Positions 44,881-56,198 of a stretch of DNA of 64,000 nucleotides are shown here, piece after piece. The notes under the pieces were generated by a model. That model was not told the DNA's origin, searched no databases, and saw only the letters and a program-made list of their open reading frames with translations. Numbering within the stretch: the stretch's first letter is position 1; every line of letters starts with the position of its first letter. A program made the translations under genes and the position numbers. Source of the DNA: an uncultured Methanoregulaceae archaeon (GTDB lineage Archaea; Halobacteriota; Methanomicrobia; Methanomicrobiales; Methanospirillaceae); contig OY970343.1 of NCBI GenBank assembly GCA_963717525.1, forward strand, positions 1,248,001-1,312,000, read 5' to 3'.

Positions 44881-45261
44881 AATTATCGTGTCGTAGTGGT
44901 GAAGGGATGAAGGTTGTGGATACGGGGTGGATACCGAAAAAGTCTGGTACGCCCGGAACTGCTCCAGGAGATTGCCTCCCGACTTTCGATGGTAGGTACT
45001 CACACAGGCGTTCGTTCCAGTGGAAATAAAGGGGTATAAAAATATTTTCAATTTGTCGGATTGGCTTAAAAATCCTCAAAAGGATATGAAATCTAAAATG
45101 CGGTGCGATAAAAGGAAATTTTGATGAGTTCTCTTTATCTAAAACACTTATACCACTATAATGAAGATTGGTGCGACGAAGTCCATGAGAAACACTGCGC
45201 TCACTACCTAATTAACACCTCGAACACCTTGCTATATCAACAAAACCAAAAATCCCCCTTT

Positions 45262-45815
45262 TTACAGGATGTTTTCGAGCTTCTGTTCGAGGACGTCAAG
45301 TCCCTTCTTGACGGCTTCAAGATTTTTGCCACCGGTGAGAATAGCTTTCCTGAAGAGAAGATTAACACAACGATCTTGGGATCTTTGATCCGGTATACAA
45401 GCCCGGGGAACTGTTCGGGTTCGTACTCGATATTTTCGACATTGAATGTGACGACTACCTTGTTGAGATTGATGGATTTACCGAGATCGTAGGAACAGAC
45501 CATATTGGTGATCGCAACTTTGGGCACTTTGAGGGTTTCAAAACCCGCCTCATTTAACGATTTGATGAGGGCAGCAAGTCCGTCTGTAAGCGCCTTATTG
45601 CTACGAAGGCCGGTCAGCACTATCTTGCCCGTCGAAAAAATCAGGGATGTAATCCTAGGTTCATCGATACGATATACTGCGCCGGGAAACCGTTTCTTAT
45701 TGAGTTCGCAGTTCTTGACCTTATTTGACAACTCAACAAGATCTATCGAATCGGCGATGACGCCCGACGCAACGATATTCTCAATCTTCAAGGATTCATA
45801 TCTTTTATCAGCCAT
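45262..45815 (-). CDS. tbp: TATA-box binding protein (frameshift ~45345)
   Basis: KIENIVAS, FPGAVYR, LIFSTGKIVLTG, EYEPEQFPGLVYR, LIFSSGK; corrected frame ends ILTGGKN...ENIL-TAA. Confidence 0.95.
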
Positions 45816-45933
45816 CTCTTCCTTCTATGACGTTCTTTGAAGCATAAGACTAATGGACAATCTTTATGACACTGAAAAAACCCGGCAAAGATCCACAAGA
45901 AATTATTTCAGGGCCCTTGGAGGATTAAGGATT

Positions 45934-46962
45934 ATGGAAAACAAGGCCCCCGTAAGATTGTCCCACCCCGGTGATCGCGAAATCACGTGAACGATCACGC
46001 TTGAAGAGCACTATGCCAGCCCGGCATTCCTGGACGGCCCGGGACGAAACCTCAGGGAACAGCCCGGGATGACCGGGCGTTTCGGGTATGGGAACCCTGC
46101 CGAAGATTTGTTGGATCTCGGTGAGAAGAGAATCGCTGAAATGGATGCCGCAGGTATCGACGTGCAGGTATTGTCGCTGACCGACCCCTCCGTGCAGCAA
46201 CTTGATGCGGACGCGGCCGTAGATCTGGCCCGTGAAGCGAACGACTATCTTGCGGACGCGGTCAGGCTATATCCGCAGCGGTTCGCGGGATTTGCCACGC
46301 TCCCAACTGCTGCTCCCGACATTGCTGCCGATGAGCTGGAGCGCATGGTCAAAGAACATGGCTTCAAAGGAGGATGGATCAATGGACACACCCGGGGCTG
46401 CTACCTCGATGACAAATTCTTCTGGCCTATCTTAGAGCGTGCTGATGCGCTCAAAGTTCCCCTCTGCATTCATCCGACACCCCCACCGGCGCCGGTGATT
46501 GAAACGTACTATTCGGGCTTCTCACCAGAGGTAACATTCGGCTTATCCCGGCACGGGTGGGGCTGGCATATCGAGACTGCGGTCCATGTCCTCCGTCTCA
46601 TCCTCGGTGGAGCGTTCGACCGGTTCCCGGATCTCCAGATTGTTATCGGCCACTTGGGAGAGGCTCTTCCCTTTATGATGCCCCGGCTCGACAAAGGTCT
46701 GTCCACGAACGTAACGAAGCTTGAGCATCCTGTGGCAGACTACCTCCGGGAGAATGTGTACTATTCGTTCAGTGGTTTCAACTTTACCCAGACCTTCCTC
46801 AACCTGTATCTTCAGGTCGGGGCCGACCGGATCATGTTCTCTGCCGACTACCCGTATAGTTCCATGGCGGAAGCACGCACCTTCCTCGAAAACCTCCCGG
46901 TGAGCCGTGCGGATAAGAACAGGATAGCGCACGGAAACGCGGAACGCCTCCTGCGGCTCTGA
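45934..46962 (+). pseudogene. Amidohydrolase_2 (ACMSD/aromatic decarboxylase-like) with in-frame TGA at 45988
   Basis: GGAGG RBS + ATG 45934 in frame with TGA-ACG-ATC-ACG-CTT-GAA-GAG-CAC (TITLEEH); later IHP, GHLGE, FSADYPY. Confidence 0.7.
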
Positions 46963-47072
46963 TACCTTCCCGAAGAGTACGTAAAAAGAGGTGGTTTTCC
47001 TTTTGGGAAAGTCCGGGAGGAACAGGCATTCCGCCAATGATGCACTTCCTGCCGGCAAAACCGGAATCTTTT

Positions 47073-47495
47073 TTAGCGCTTCCAGATTTCCAGGCTCGAC
47101 ATATTCTTCCCGTGATACGCAATCTCGCCTGCGGTAAACACGATCACGACAAAATCCGGATTCTCCGGCGTTTTGAAGTGCTGTTCGAGCATCGGGTTCC
47201 AGTACTTCTTTTTCGTTGCAATATCTTCGTGGACTTTGCCCTTTGCCTTGATCTCGACATACGGGTCGGAATATTCCTTTCCCGACCAGATGGCAAGAGC
47301 CGTGTCAGGGTTTTTCTTCAGCTGTTCGACCTTTTTCGAGGATTTCATCGTCGCCCCGACGAGGGTCATGTCAGGTAAGCCGGCAAGCACCATGAACCGG
47401 ACTGCCGGGAGCTTACCGTCCAGTGTTGCAACCGCTGCAACATGAGGACCATTGATAACTTCCATGATCTGCTCTTTGAGTGGCATGGAAGCCAT
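47073..47495 (-). CDS. Pyridoxamine-5'-phosphate oxidase-like FMN-binding protein (general stress protein 26 family)
   Basis: VATLDGKLPAVRFM, T..SSKKVEQL..NP, W......F..PE.PD. Confidence 0.85.
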   Translation of the reverse strand: MASMPLKEQIMEVINGPHVAAVATLDGKLPAVRFMVLAGLPDMTLVGATMKSSKKVEQLKKNPDTALAIWSGKEYSDPYVEIKAKGKVHEDIATKKKYWNPMLEQHFKTPENPDFVVIVFTAGEIAYHGKNMSSLEIWKR

Positions 47496-47588
47496 TCTCA
47501 TCCATGATCGTATAAATGTACGGATTGGGGAAATTGAGATACGGTCTATCATGGCCAGTCTCATACCAAACCGGTTGCGATATGATTA

Positions 47589-47699
47589 GGCACTGACGCG
47601 TCTGCGTGACGTTTGAATAGTCAACGTTAATGGGGTCACGCCATTATCGTTTTTCCATAAGCCCATTAACGCAACAGCAACCGCAGATGCAACAGAATC
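47589..47699. repeat. Composite IS6-like hairpin element
   Basis: GGCACTGACGCGTCTGCG ... CGCAGATGCAACAGAATC, with an inner end AACGCAACAGCAACC. Confidence 0.55.
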
Positions 47700-47720
47700 A
47701 TCGATACTTATATATCAAAT

Positions 47721-47738
47721 TAGTTGCTCAGTCAACCA
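47721..47738. promoter_or_regulatory. Putative MarR operator just downstream of TATA (47708-15)
   Basis: TAGTTG-CTCAGT-CAACCA; same motif at 49989. Confidence 0.55.
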
Positions 47739-47801
47739 TGTCCAATCTCTTCCTTTCTAAAAGTTAGTTCAACGAGGGAAATCCCAAAACAAAATGGAGG
47801 C

Positions 47802-48488
47802 ATGAAGAAAATGAAAATTATCGGAATTAATGGGAGTCCCAGAAAAAAAGTGAGTACTACCCTGAAATTAATGCAGGCCGTGCTTGACGGGGCTAAAGAA
47901 GCGGGAGCAAAAACGGAAGTCATCGATATCTGTAAACTGAACATCAATTTCTGTACCGGTTGTTTATCCTGTTTTGAAACCGGGGAGTGCGTCTATGACG
48001 ATGATGTCGCATCTCTCATCGAAAAAATGAAGATGGCTGATGGCATTGTCCTGGGATCGCCAGTGTATATCGACAGCGTAACCGCACAGCTCAAACGCTG
48101 GATTGACCGGTCTGCCAACTCATATCACTGCATGACACTTCTTGGTCTTGGAAAATATGGCTGTGCAGTCTCCACGTCGGGAGGATTCAAAGAACAGGAA
48201 GTCGTTGAGTACCTGAACCATGTAATAACCGATTTCGGGGTTGTCCCTATCGGCGGTGTGGGAGTTGCAATGGCCAAAGGGCCGGAAGCATTTGCTGACG
48301 CAATGAGCAAAGCGCATGACCTTGGTCGGGACCTTGTCCTTGCAATAAAAAAGGAGAAACGGTTCCCTGAAGGTGAAGCCCGGGTCCAGGAACGGAAGGA
48401 ATTGTTCAAAAATCTGGTCAATTCAAACAAGGATATATGGCAGTTCCAGTACCAGTTCTGGAAGGAGAGAGGAGAGACTAAACCATGA
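47802..48488 (+). CDS. Iron-sulfur flavoprotein / flavodoxin-family protein
   Basis: GINGSPRK, CTGC..C.....C, GSPVY, LK..IDR. Confidence 0.9.
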   Translation: MKKMKIIGINGSPRKKVSTTLKLMQAVLDGAKEAGAKTEVIDICKLNINFCTGCLSCFETGECVYDDDVASLIEKMKMADGIVLGSPVYIDSVTAQLKRWIDRSANSYHCMTLLGLGKYGCAVSTSGGFKEQEVVEYLNHVITDFGVVPIGGVGVAMAKGPEAFADAMSKAHDLGRDLVLAIKKEKRFPEGEARVQERKELFKNLVNSNKDIWQFQYQFWKERGETKP

Positions 48489-48616
48489 GGATAATGTCGA
48501 CGTCTCTCTTCGGGCAGGTCATGTGCGGAGGAGATCGCCCGGAGACGGGTGGGGCATGCGCCCCCTCTTGAATTTCAATAAGGAACAGGTAATCTTGCAC
48601 GTACTTATAAGGTGAT

Positions 48617-49396
48617 ATGAAAATGGCACCAATATCATTTAGAGAAATCGGACAGCAACTTGCGACAGCATTCCGGATGAAGACCCGCCCCCTTGCAGTG
48701 TACGGCTCTGATGTCCTGCCGCCGGGTATTCCCCGGCTGGCTGAGGTGAACCGCTGTTTTGCGGTCTCATTGTACCGGATGGCAAGCGATACGAAAGTGT
48801 CAGCGATTTATCTCAGTGCTGACACCAGCGAAGGCTGCTGTCCCGGTGGGCTCTTCCATGTGGGATACATTCCGGTGCCCGATGAGATCAAGTATTTTGT
48901 ATCGACCGGAAGGAAAGACGTTCGCGGCGGAGCTGCGGAGTACCTGAAGGCAAGCCCGGAGCTGATCGATCGCTGCTCGGTGGCGGCAGGGCCAATCCAC
49001 CCGCCGGGGAAATACCTTGTTGTACAGGCGTGCGACGCCCTTCCCGATCCCATGCCCGCCGTCAGGTCCCTCTGCTGCTTTGGCACCGGCGAGCAGATCC
49101 GGAACATGGCGGCCCTCATCCACTTTGACCGGGACGATCCGTTCTCACCGGTGATTGTTCCCGGGGGATCTGCCTGTTCGACCTATATCACGTTCCCGGC
49201 AAGCCTTGCGGAGAACACGCCGCATGACACTGCGTTTATGGGCCCGGAGGACCCGACACAGAACCATTCCCTTCCCCCGGAAATGATGGCGCTGGGGATT
49301 CCTGCGGATATGGCCGTCAGGATGGTAAAAAACCTGGATTCGTCATTTATCGTGAAACGACCGCAGGTAGCGTTCCCCCGTCACCTAGAAAAATGA
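48617..49396 (+). CDS. DUF169 family protein
   Basis: PLAV, RCF, GCCPGG, GSACS, ALGIP; Cys pattern typical of the family. Confidence 0.75.
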   Translation: MKMAPISFREIGQQLATAFRMKTRPLAVYGSDVLPPGIPRLAEVNRCFAVSLYRMASDTKVSAIYLSADTSEGCCPGGLFHVGYIPVPDEIKYFVSTGRKDVRGGAAEYLKASPELIDRCSVAAGPIHPPGKYLVVQACDALPDPMPAVRSLCCFGTGEQIRNMAALIHFDRDDPFSPVIVPGGSACSTYITFPASLAENTPHDTAFMGPEDPTQNHSLPPEMMALGIPADMAVRMVKNLDSSFIVKRPQVAFPRHLEK

Positions 49397-49436
49397 TCTT
49401 GCAAAACCGGGGATTATTCCGGGGAGGAACTTTTTT

Positions 49437-49910
49437 TCATTTCATAAGTTCGGTGATAATCGTCGTATCCTCCAGTTCCATCGCATGCATCACATTGGCA
49501 ACAATCTTTCTCGTAAGTTCTTTCAGTACCAGACTCTCAATTTCGGTGAATCCAGAGATGAGGATCGAGTTCCATTCCTGAGATAACTGAGTGATAGCGG
49601 GTTCGATCTCCCTCCCTTTTGGTGTCAGGAAGATCCGGTTCGCCCGGCCATCCGTTTTATCCTGAATGCGGGATACATATCCTTCCCGCTCAAGTTTGTC
49701 CATTGCACGGGCAATCGTTGCTTTGTTAAAAAGAAGCCTCTTTGCAATTGTCTCCTGGTTCAATCCATCTTCACGGTAGAGCAGCTTCAGAAATGGGAAC
49801 TGTCCGTAGCTCAGATTGTACGGTTTGAGCCGTTGCGAGTAAAAAGCAGACTGGGCCCGCAACAGATAGGAAACGACTCCTCCGAGATGGTAATCCTGCA
49901 TACGATACAC
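49437..49910 (-). CDS. MarR family transcriptional regulator
   Basis: LSYGQF..L..L...DG..Q..IA......KATIARA..KLE..GYV.R..D..DGR...I.LT.KG. Confidence 0.92.
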   Translation of the reverse strand: MYRMQDYHLGGVVSYLLRAQSAFYSQRLKPYNLSYGQFPFLKLLYREDGLNQETIAKRLLFNKATIARAMDKLEREGYVSRIQDKTDGRANRIFLTPKGREIEPAITQLSQEWNSILISGFTEIESLVLKELTRKIVANVMHAMELEDTTIITELMK

Positions 49911-49988
49911 CTTGATCTCTTCAAAACCATAAACCCTGCTGTGTAAAATGTTTCATCAATCGAAACTCAGGGGAGTCTTAATATACCA

Positions 49989-50006
49989 TAGTTGAGTATG
50001 CAACTG
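49989..50006. promoter_or_regulatory. Putative MarR operator upstream of marR
   Basis: TAGTTG-AGTATG-CAACTG, next to a minus-strand TATAAA at 50007-12. Confidence 0.55.
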
Positions 50007-50178
50007 TTTATACCATAACTTAAGGAAATAGGATAGGATAATTGAGCGGTCGGTGACCGATATTTCACCGCATTAAAAATTCCTTGCCCCGTTAATTTAT
50101 CACAACCAGCAATTCACACACCCGACAGGGGCACATACCTTAGATTGAGAGAAAACAAGAAGAATGGAGGAAAAATCA

Positions 50179-51632
50179 ATGCCAGAAGTCTGTATAGGAT
50201 TTGAAGTGCACCAGCCATACCGGCTGAACCGGCACTTTTCGCCTAATCCAAAGAAGAAGAATAAAGATCAGTATGACTATATTTCGATGAGTTGAATCGG
50301 GAAGTGCTGGAACGGGTATCTGAAAAGTGTTACGTGCCGGCCACGAAGATCATTCTGGAAAAACTGGACGAAGGGTTTCATTGTTCATTTTCCTTTTCCG
50401 GGACGCTTATCGAGCAGCTGGAGAAGTGGCAACCGGATGTCCTGGCTCTCTTTGACCAGGTTGCCCGTCACCGGAATTCCGAGTTGCTCGGGCAGACTTA
50501 CTACCACAGCATTGCCGGCTGCTTTGGTGACAAATCGGAATTTATCGAGCAAGCTGGGATGCATACCGACCTGATGTATGACCTTTTCAAGATCCGACCC
50601 ACAGTCTTTGAAAATACCGAGTTCACGTTCAATAACCAGATCGCCAGTTGTGTAAAAGATATGGGCTATGCTGGCATATTCACCGAGGGTGTGGAACGGA
50701 TACTCGACTGGCGCAGCCCGCACCATATCTACACCTGTAATGATTTGCCCGTTCTGCTCCGCGATTTTCAGCTTTCCGATGATATCGCGTTCCGGTTTGG
50801 CAACCAGGGCTGGAACAAGTACCCGCTGACTGCGGATACCTATGCTGACTGGATTCGCGGCACATCCGGGGATCTCGTCAATCTCTTTCTGGATTATGAG
50901 ACTTTCGGGGAACACTTCTGGAAAGAGACCGGGATCCTTAATTTCCTCTCCTACCTTCCCACAGAGCTGGAGAAACGGGGAATCCGGACTACCCTGCCCA
51001 CGGAAGCACTGGAGAGTTACCCTCCGGTTGGTACGATCGATGTCAAGGATACCATCTCTTGGGCTGATATCGAGAAGGACGCGTCCGCATGGATGGGCAA
51101 CGAGCGGCAGCACACGGCATACTCCGCGATCCAGAAAGCGGCGGCCTTTGCAAAGGACAAAGAAATCTGGCGGTATCTCCAGACAAGCGACCATTTCTAT
51201 TATATGGCCTCCAAGTACGGGACCTCTGGCGAAGTACACAACTACTTCAGCCATCACGAAGCCGAGGATGCGTTCCGGACGTACATGGCGATCCTTGCCG
51301 ATTTTGAGGAACGTAACATACGGGCGGCGAAGAACAAAAAATCGGCAAAGACCCTCCGGACACTGACACCGGAAGAGGCGTTTCACTTTGCATCTCCCTC
51401 CGGCCATGTCGGGTATGCAGCATACAGTCTCGACCAGTTCTGTGACCTGCTCCGGGTGGTACCCGCCGACTCGATAACGTACCACCAGGAACGGGGGGAT
51501 ATCGCCCACTGGATTGAACATACGCTTTTCGACCAGAAACTGGCCGCGGACGTTACCGGCCTCATGGACCGTCAGGAACTGATCACCCTGATCGATGAGC
51601 GGAGGCAACTGTTATGGAGTCGATTACAGTAG
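50179..51632 (+). CDS. GH57 alpha-amylase-like glycoside hydrolase with C-terminal DUF5752-like domain (frameshift ~50283)
   Basis: FEVHQPYR, QTYYHS, ENTE, LSDDIAFRF, DYETFGEH, LQTSDHFYYM. Confidence 0.92.
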
Positions 51633-51651
51633 CGTTCTTCTGCGAGAGATC

Positions 51652-52467
51652 ATGATCATACAGCACAGCAGTTCCGGCCCGATAACAGGATATCCCGGCC
51701 CTGTCCACTGGGAAGGTCCCCTGCCCGTACCTGATATACGGGATGTGAGGGAGCTGGCGGGCGCTCTTGCTGTGCCGGGTTGTTCCGTTAACGGGCCTGT
51801 TTATTACATGTACCGGGATGTGGCCCGTTCACCCGAAGACCGCCAGTGGCTTCATGAGCGGAAGATCCGCTTCGATATCACCGTCATCCCGCCACGGGAT
51901 CTTTGTGGGGAGTGTGTGAAGACCAAAGGGCACTATCACCCGGCAAATCCCACCGGTACCGGTTACCCGGAGATCTATGAGGTGCTGGAGGGCGAGGCGC
52001 ACTACCTGATCCAGACCCGGGACTGTGCGGATGTGGTGATGATCGCCGCCACTGCTGGGGAGATCGTTGTGGTGCCCCCGGGATACGGCCACGTCACGAT
52101 CAATCCTTCCCGCACGGCCGTTCTCCAGATGGCAAACCTTGTCTCGTCTGCATTCCAAAGCGAGTTCCAGGCCTACGAGGATCTCCGCGGAGCGGTCTTT
52201 TACGAGATGACAACAGGGGCGTTTGTAAAAAATCTGCGTTACCCACAAAAATCCCGGTTGAGGCTCGTTAAAGCCGGCCACATTGCCGGCGTGAAAGATA
52301 CGGTCAGCGACCCCCTCTATGATCTTGTGGAAAAGCGGGCGGCGATCCTTGGCTTTCTCAACTACCCTGAAGAATACCAGGCACTCTTTTCCAGGATCTA
52401 CCCGGAAGGTACGATGGCATCCTCCGGTGATTACAACCTGAACCGGGTGAACATACATGCTGATTAA
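51652..52467 (+). CDS. pgiA: Cupin-type glucose-6-phosphate isomerase (start uncertain)
   Basis: YYMYRD, RFDITVIPP, KTKGHYH, YPEIYEVL.G, VPPGYGHVTIN. Confidence 0.8.
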   Translation: MIIQHSSSGPITGYPGPVHWEGPLPVPDIRDVRELAGALAVPGCSVNGPVYYMYRDVARSPEDRQWLHERKIRFDITVIPPRDLCGECVKTKGHYHPANPTGTGYPEIYEVLEGEAHYLIQTRDCADVVMIAATAGEIVVVPPGYGHVTINPSRTAVLQMANLVSSAFQSEFQAYEDLRGAVFYEMTTGAFVKNLRYPQKSRLRLVKAGHIAGVKDTVSDPLYDLVEKRAAILGFLNYPEEYQALFSRIYPEGTMASSGDYNLNRVNIHAD

Positions 52468-53926
52468 AACGACACGCAGCCTTTGCCCGACCTGCTACTC
52501 CGTCATTGATGCGAAAATTGTCGAAGAAGATGATACTATCTGGCTCGATCGGACTTGTCCGTCACACGGGAATTTTCGGCACTTGTACTGGTCGGATGCC
52601 CGTATGTATCACCGGTTCGACAAGTACGATGCAGTAGGAAACGGGATCGCCAATCCCCAGAACCCCGGTGCGCCAGCCAACAGTTGTCCGACAGCCTGCG
52701 GTTTGTGCAACAACCACCATTCCCAGACGCTTCTTGCAAATATCGATCTGACCAATCGCTGCAACCTCGACTGCGACTTCTGCTTTGCCAATGCCCGGGC
52801 CTGCGGTTTTGTCTACGAGCCCGAATTTGATGATGTCGTTCGGATGCTACAGGTACTGCGGGACGAGAAGCCTGTCCCGGCTCCTGCGGTACAATTCTCC
52901 GGTGGTGAACCCACGATGAGGGAGGACCTGCCGGATATTATCCGGAAGGCTAAGGCGATGGGGTTCCCCCAGGTGCAGATCGCAACAAATGGTGTCAAAC
53001 TGGCAAAAAAGCCGAATTTTGCCCGCGAACTCAAGGATGCCGGCCTCGATACGGTCTACCTCCATTTTGATGGGGTGACCACTGAGACGAATCCCTTCCT
53101 TGCTACCCACAAAAAGACGCTTGAGAACCTCAGGAAAGCCGGGCTCGGAACTGTGCTTGTGCCGACGGTTATCCGGGGACGGAATGATCATCAGCTGGGG
53201 GATATCATCCGGTTTGCCATTGAGAATATCGCTTTCGTGCGAGGGGTGAACTTCCAGCCGATCGCATTTACCGGCGCTGCCAGCGATGAAGACCTCCAGA
53301 ATGCCAGGATCACTATTCCCGATGTCCTCGCCCGGGTCGAGAGCCAGATGGACGGGATTCTCAAAAAGGACGACTTCTACCCGGTCCCGTGCGTCCTTCC
53401 ATTCTCGGATCTCGTGGAGGCCTATACGGGCAGGCCGCAGGTAAGATTTACCGCCCACCAGCACTGCGGGGCAGCAACGTATGTTTTCGTGCAGAAAGAG
53501 GGGGTGGTCCCGATCACCCGCATGGTCGATGTGGAGAGTTTCTTTGAATCGATAGAGTACATGGCCGGGACCCTCCGGAAAGGCGGCACCATAAACAAGT
53601 ACAAGGCGCTTCTCGCAGGGGTCAAAGGCCTGCACAGTTCCGTGAAGAAAGGGGAGCAGGGCAATACCGCGGAGTTCTGGAAGCTGATTGGCAAGACCCT
53701 GATAGGCCAGAATTTCGACGCGCTCCGGGAGTTCCACTGGAACGCACTTTTCATAGGAGTCATGCACTTTATGGACAGGTACAATTACGATATCGAGCGG
53801 GTCCAGCGCTGCTGCATCCATTACGCAACCCCTGACGGGAAACTGATCCCCTTCTGCACCTATAACAGTGGCCCGGTATACCGGGAGCAGGTCTGGAAGA
53901 AGTTTGCTAGGAAGCCGGATACGTAA
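52457..53926 (+). CDS. tes: Radical SAM tetraether lipid synthase (Tes/GDGT-MAS, MJ0619 family)
   Basis: N-terminal CPTC..CPSHG, CP.ACGLC..H, TNRCNLDCDFC, QFSGGEPT, HCG, RCCIHY..PDG..IPFC.YN. Confidence 0.88.
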   Translation: MLIKTTRSLCPTCYSVIDAKIVEEDDTIWLDRTCPSHGNFRHLYWSDARMYHRFDKYDAVGNGIANPQNPGAPANSCPTACGLCNNHHSQTLLANIDLTNRCNLDCDFCFANARACGFVYEPEFDDVVRMLQVLRDEKPVPAPAVQFSGGEPTMREDLPDIIRKAKAMGFPQVQIATNGVKLAKKPNFARELKDAGLDTVYLHFDGVTTETNPFLATHKKTLENLRKAGLGTVLVPTVIRGRNDHQLGDIIRFAIENIAFVRGVNFQPIAFTGAASDEDLQNARITIPDVLARVESQMDGILKKDDFYPVPCVLPFSDLVEAYTGRPQVRFTAHQHCGAATYVFVQKEGVVPITRMVDVESFFESIEYMAGTLRKGGTINKYKALLAGVKGLHSSVKKGEQGNTAEFWKLIGKTLIGQNFDALREFHWNALFIGVMHFMDRYNYDIERVQRCCIHYATPDGKLIPFCTYNSGPVYREQVWKKFARKPDT

Positions 53927-54081
53927 GATTATGATTGCCGTTCTCGATGTTAATGATAAATTGATTTCTGTGGCGTTAACAGGACTTAATGAATACTTAA
54001 TATCGTCGTAACTCATCAATGTTGACAATATAATTGTCTCGAAGTCGCACCAGAACCTGTCACATGATTTCGGGATGGGAT

Positions 54082-54160
54082 GGTGCTGTTGCGTTTAAGG
54101 TTGGTGACAAATAGTTTACCTCGTTAAAATATTCAAATCAACCGCCAGTGCAACAGCACC
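54082..54160. repeat. 79-bp IS6-like hairpin element
   Basis: GGTGCTGTTGC ... GCAACAGCACC perfect 11-bp IR. Confidence 0.75.
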
Positions 54161-54235
54161 CATGTAACGAACCAAAACTGTATATATCCTCTTGGGCGAT
54201 TACCAACTATCGAATGTCGATGGAGTGAATGAGAT

Positions 54236-56198
54236 ATGGCACAAGAAGAACCAAAGCCGGTGCTGGTCCGGGAACGGCTTGATGTCTGCGAGCTGGACCG
54301 GGCCCGGATGTCCCTGATGAACCCTGCACTCATTGAGCAGAAGAAACAGGAGCGTACGATCGACGAGAATGCAAAGCCCCTCCTCGAGATGGCGATGAAA
54401 GAGGGCCTCGAGACAGTCTGGGACCGGCACGAGATGCAGCAGCCACCCTGTAAGTACTGCGAGGCGGGGACCTCCTGCATGAGATGTACGATGGGGCCGT
54501 GCCGGATTATCCCGCCCCACCGCATCCGCGGCGTCTGCGGAGCTGATGTCGACCTTATCGTCGCCCGCAACCTGCTTGACACGATCGCGACCGGTTCGGC
54601 GGCCCATTCCGATCACGGCCGTGACATCGTCGAGACGCTGTATCTCGTAGGGATGGGAAAGGCCAAAGACTACGGCATCGCCGATCCGGACAAACTGCGT
54701 GTGCTCGCAAAAGAGTACGGCATCGAACTCGAAAGCAAAAGCAATGAGAAACTTGCCGCCGAACTCGGCCGCGCCATGCTCGAAGAGTACGGCATGGTGA
54801 AAAACACCCTCCAACTTCTCAACCGGGCTCCGAAAGCGACCCGGGAGATCTGGGACAAACTCGGGATCTCCCCGAGGGGGATCGACCGCGAGGTGGTGGA
54901 TTGTATGCACCGGATCCAGATGGGAGTCGGTGCGGATTATGTCAACATCCTGCTGCAGGGCCTGCGCTGCAGCCTCTCGGACGGCTGGGGAGGGTCGATG
55001 CTTGGCACCGATGTCTCGGATGTCCTCTTCGGGACGCCGACCATTAAGGAATCGAAGGTGAACCTTGCGGTACTTAAGGCTGACCACGTCAACATTGCTG
55101 TCCACGGCCACAACCCGGTCCTCTCCGAGATGGTGGTAAAAGCAGTCTCTGATCCCGAACTCGTGGCGCTTGCAAAGAAGAACGGCGCAAAAGGCATCAA
55201 CCTGGTCGGGCTCTGCTGCACGGGCAGTGAGCTTCTGATGAGAAAGGGCATCCCGATGTCCGGCAACCACTTCAACCAGGAACTGGTCATCATGACCGGG
55301 GCGCTCGAGGCGATGATCGTTGATTACCAGTGCATCTTCCCCTCGCTGCCGAGGACCGCCAGCTGCTTCCACACACTGATCATCTCGACCAGTGCCAAGG
55401 CAAAAATACCGGGATCGTACTACTTCGATTTCAGCGCGGACAAGGGTCTTGTGACCGCAAAGGCAATCGTCAGGATGGCTGTCGAGAACTTCAAGAACCG
55501 CAACCACATGCGGGTGTTGATCCCGGGTAAGCCAGTTCCACTCATGTCAGGATTCTCTAACGAAGCAATCAAAAAGGCGCTGGGTGGGTCATTCAAACCC
55601 CTTATCGATGTCATCGCTGCCGGTAAGATCAGAGGTGCAGTCGGTATTGTCGGGTGCAACAACCCGCACGTGAAACATGACTATGGCCATGTGACCCTGT
55701 CAAAGGCACTGATTAAAAAGAACATCCTCTGTGTCGAGACCGGGTGTGCAGCGATCGCCTCGGGAAAGGCCGGGCTTCTCATGCCGTCTGCCGCCGCCCT
55801 TGCGGGCGACGATCTGCGGGCAGTCTGCGAATCGTTAAAGATCCCGCCCGTGCTCCACATGGGTTCCTGCGTGGACAACTCCCGTATCCTCGTGCTCGCG
55901 GCCGAACTGGGCAATGCGCTCAACGTCCCGATCCACAAGCTGCCCATCGCCGGCGCAGCACCGGAATGGTCACTCGCAGAAGGCGGTCTCGATCGGCACC
56001 TACTTCGTTGCGTCGGGCGTTTATACCGTGCTCGGCGTGATGCCGCATATCTCCGGCAGCCCGGCCGTGGTCTCGCTCCTGACCGACGGCCTCAAGGGTG
56101 CGGTGAACGCAAACTTTGCCGTTGAGCCCGACCCGGTCAAGGCGGCCATGCTGATCGAGAACCATATCGAAAAGAAGCGTGTCGAGCTCGGGATATGA
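54236..56198 (+). CDS. cooS: Anaerobic Ni,Fe carbon-monoxide dehydrogenase catalytic subunit (frameshift ~55970)
   Basis: C..C.MGPCR...GVCGA, HSDHG, VHGHNP, LCCTG.E, DYQC, VGCNN, TGC, MGSCVDNSR, APEW. Confidence 0.95.

Noticed and set aside
50385..55507. Long antisense ORFs (50385..51608, 52847..54028, 54200..55507 and similar)
   Set aside because: Shadows of GC-rich real genes with no recognisable motifs
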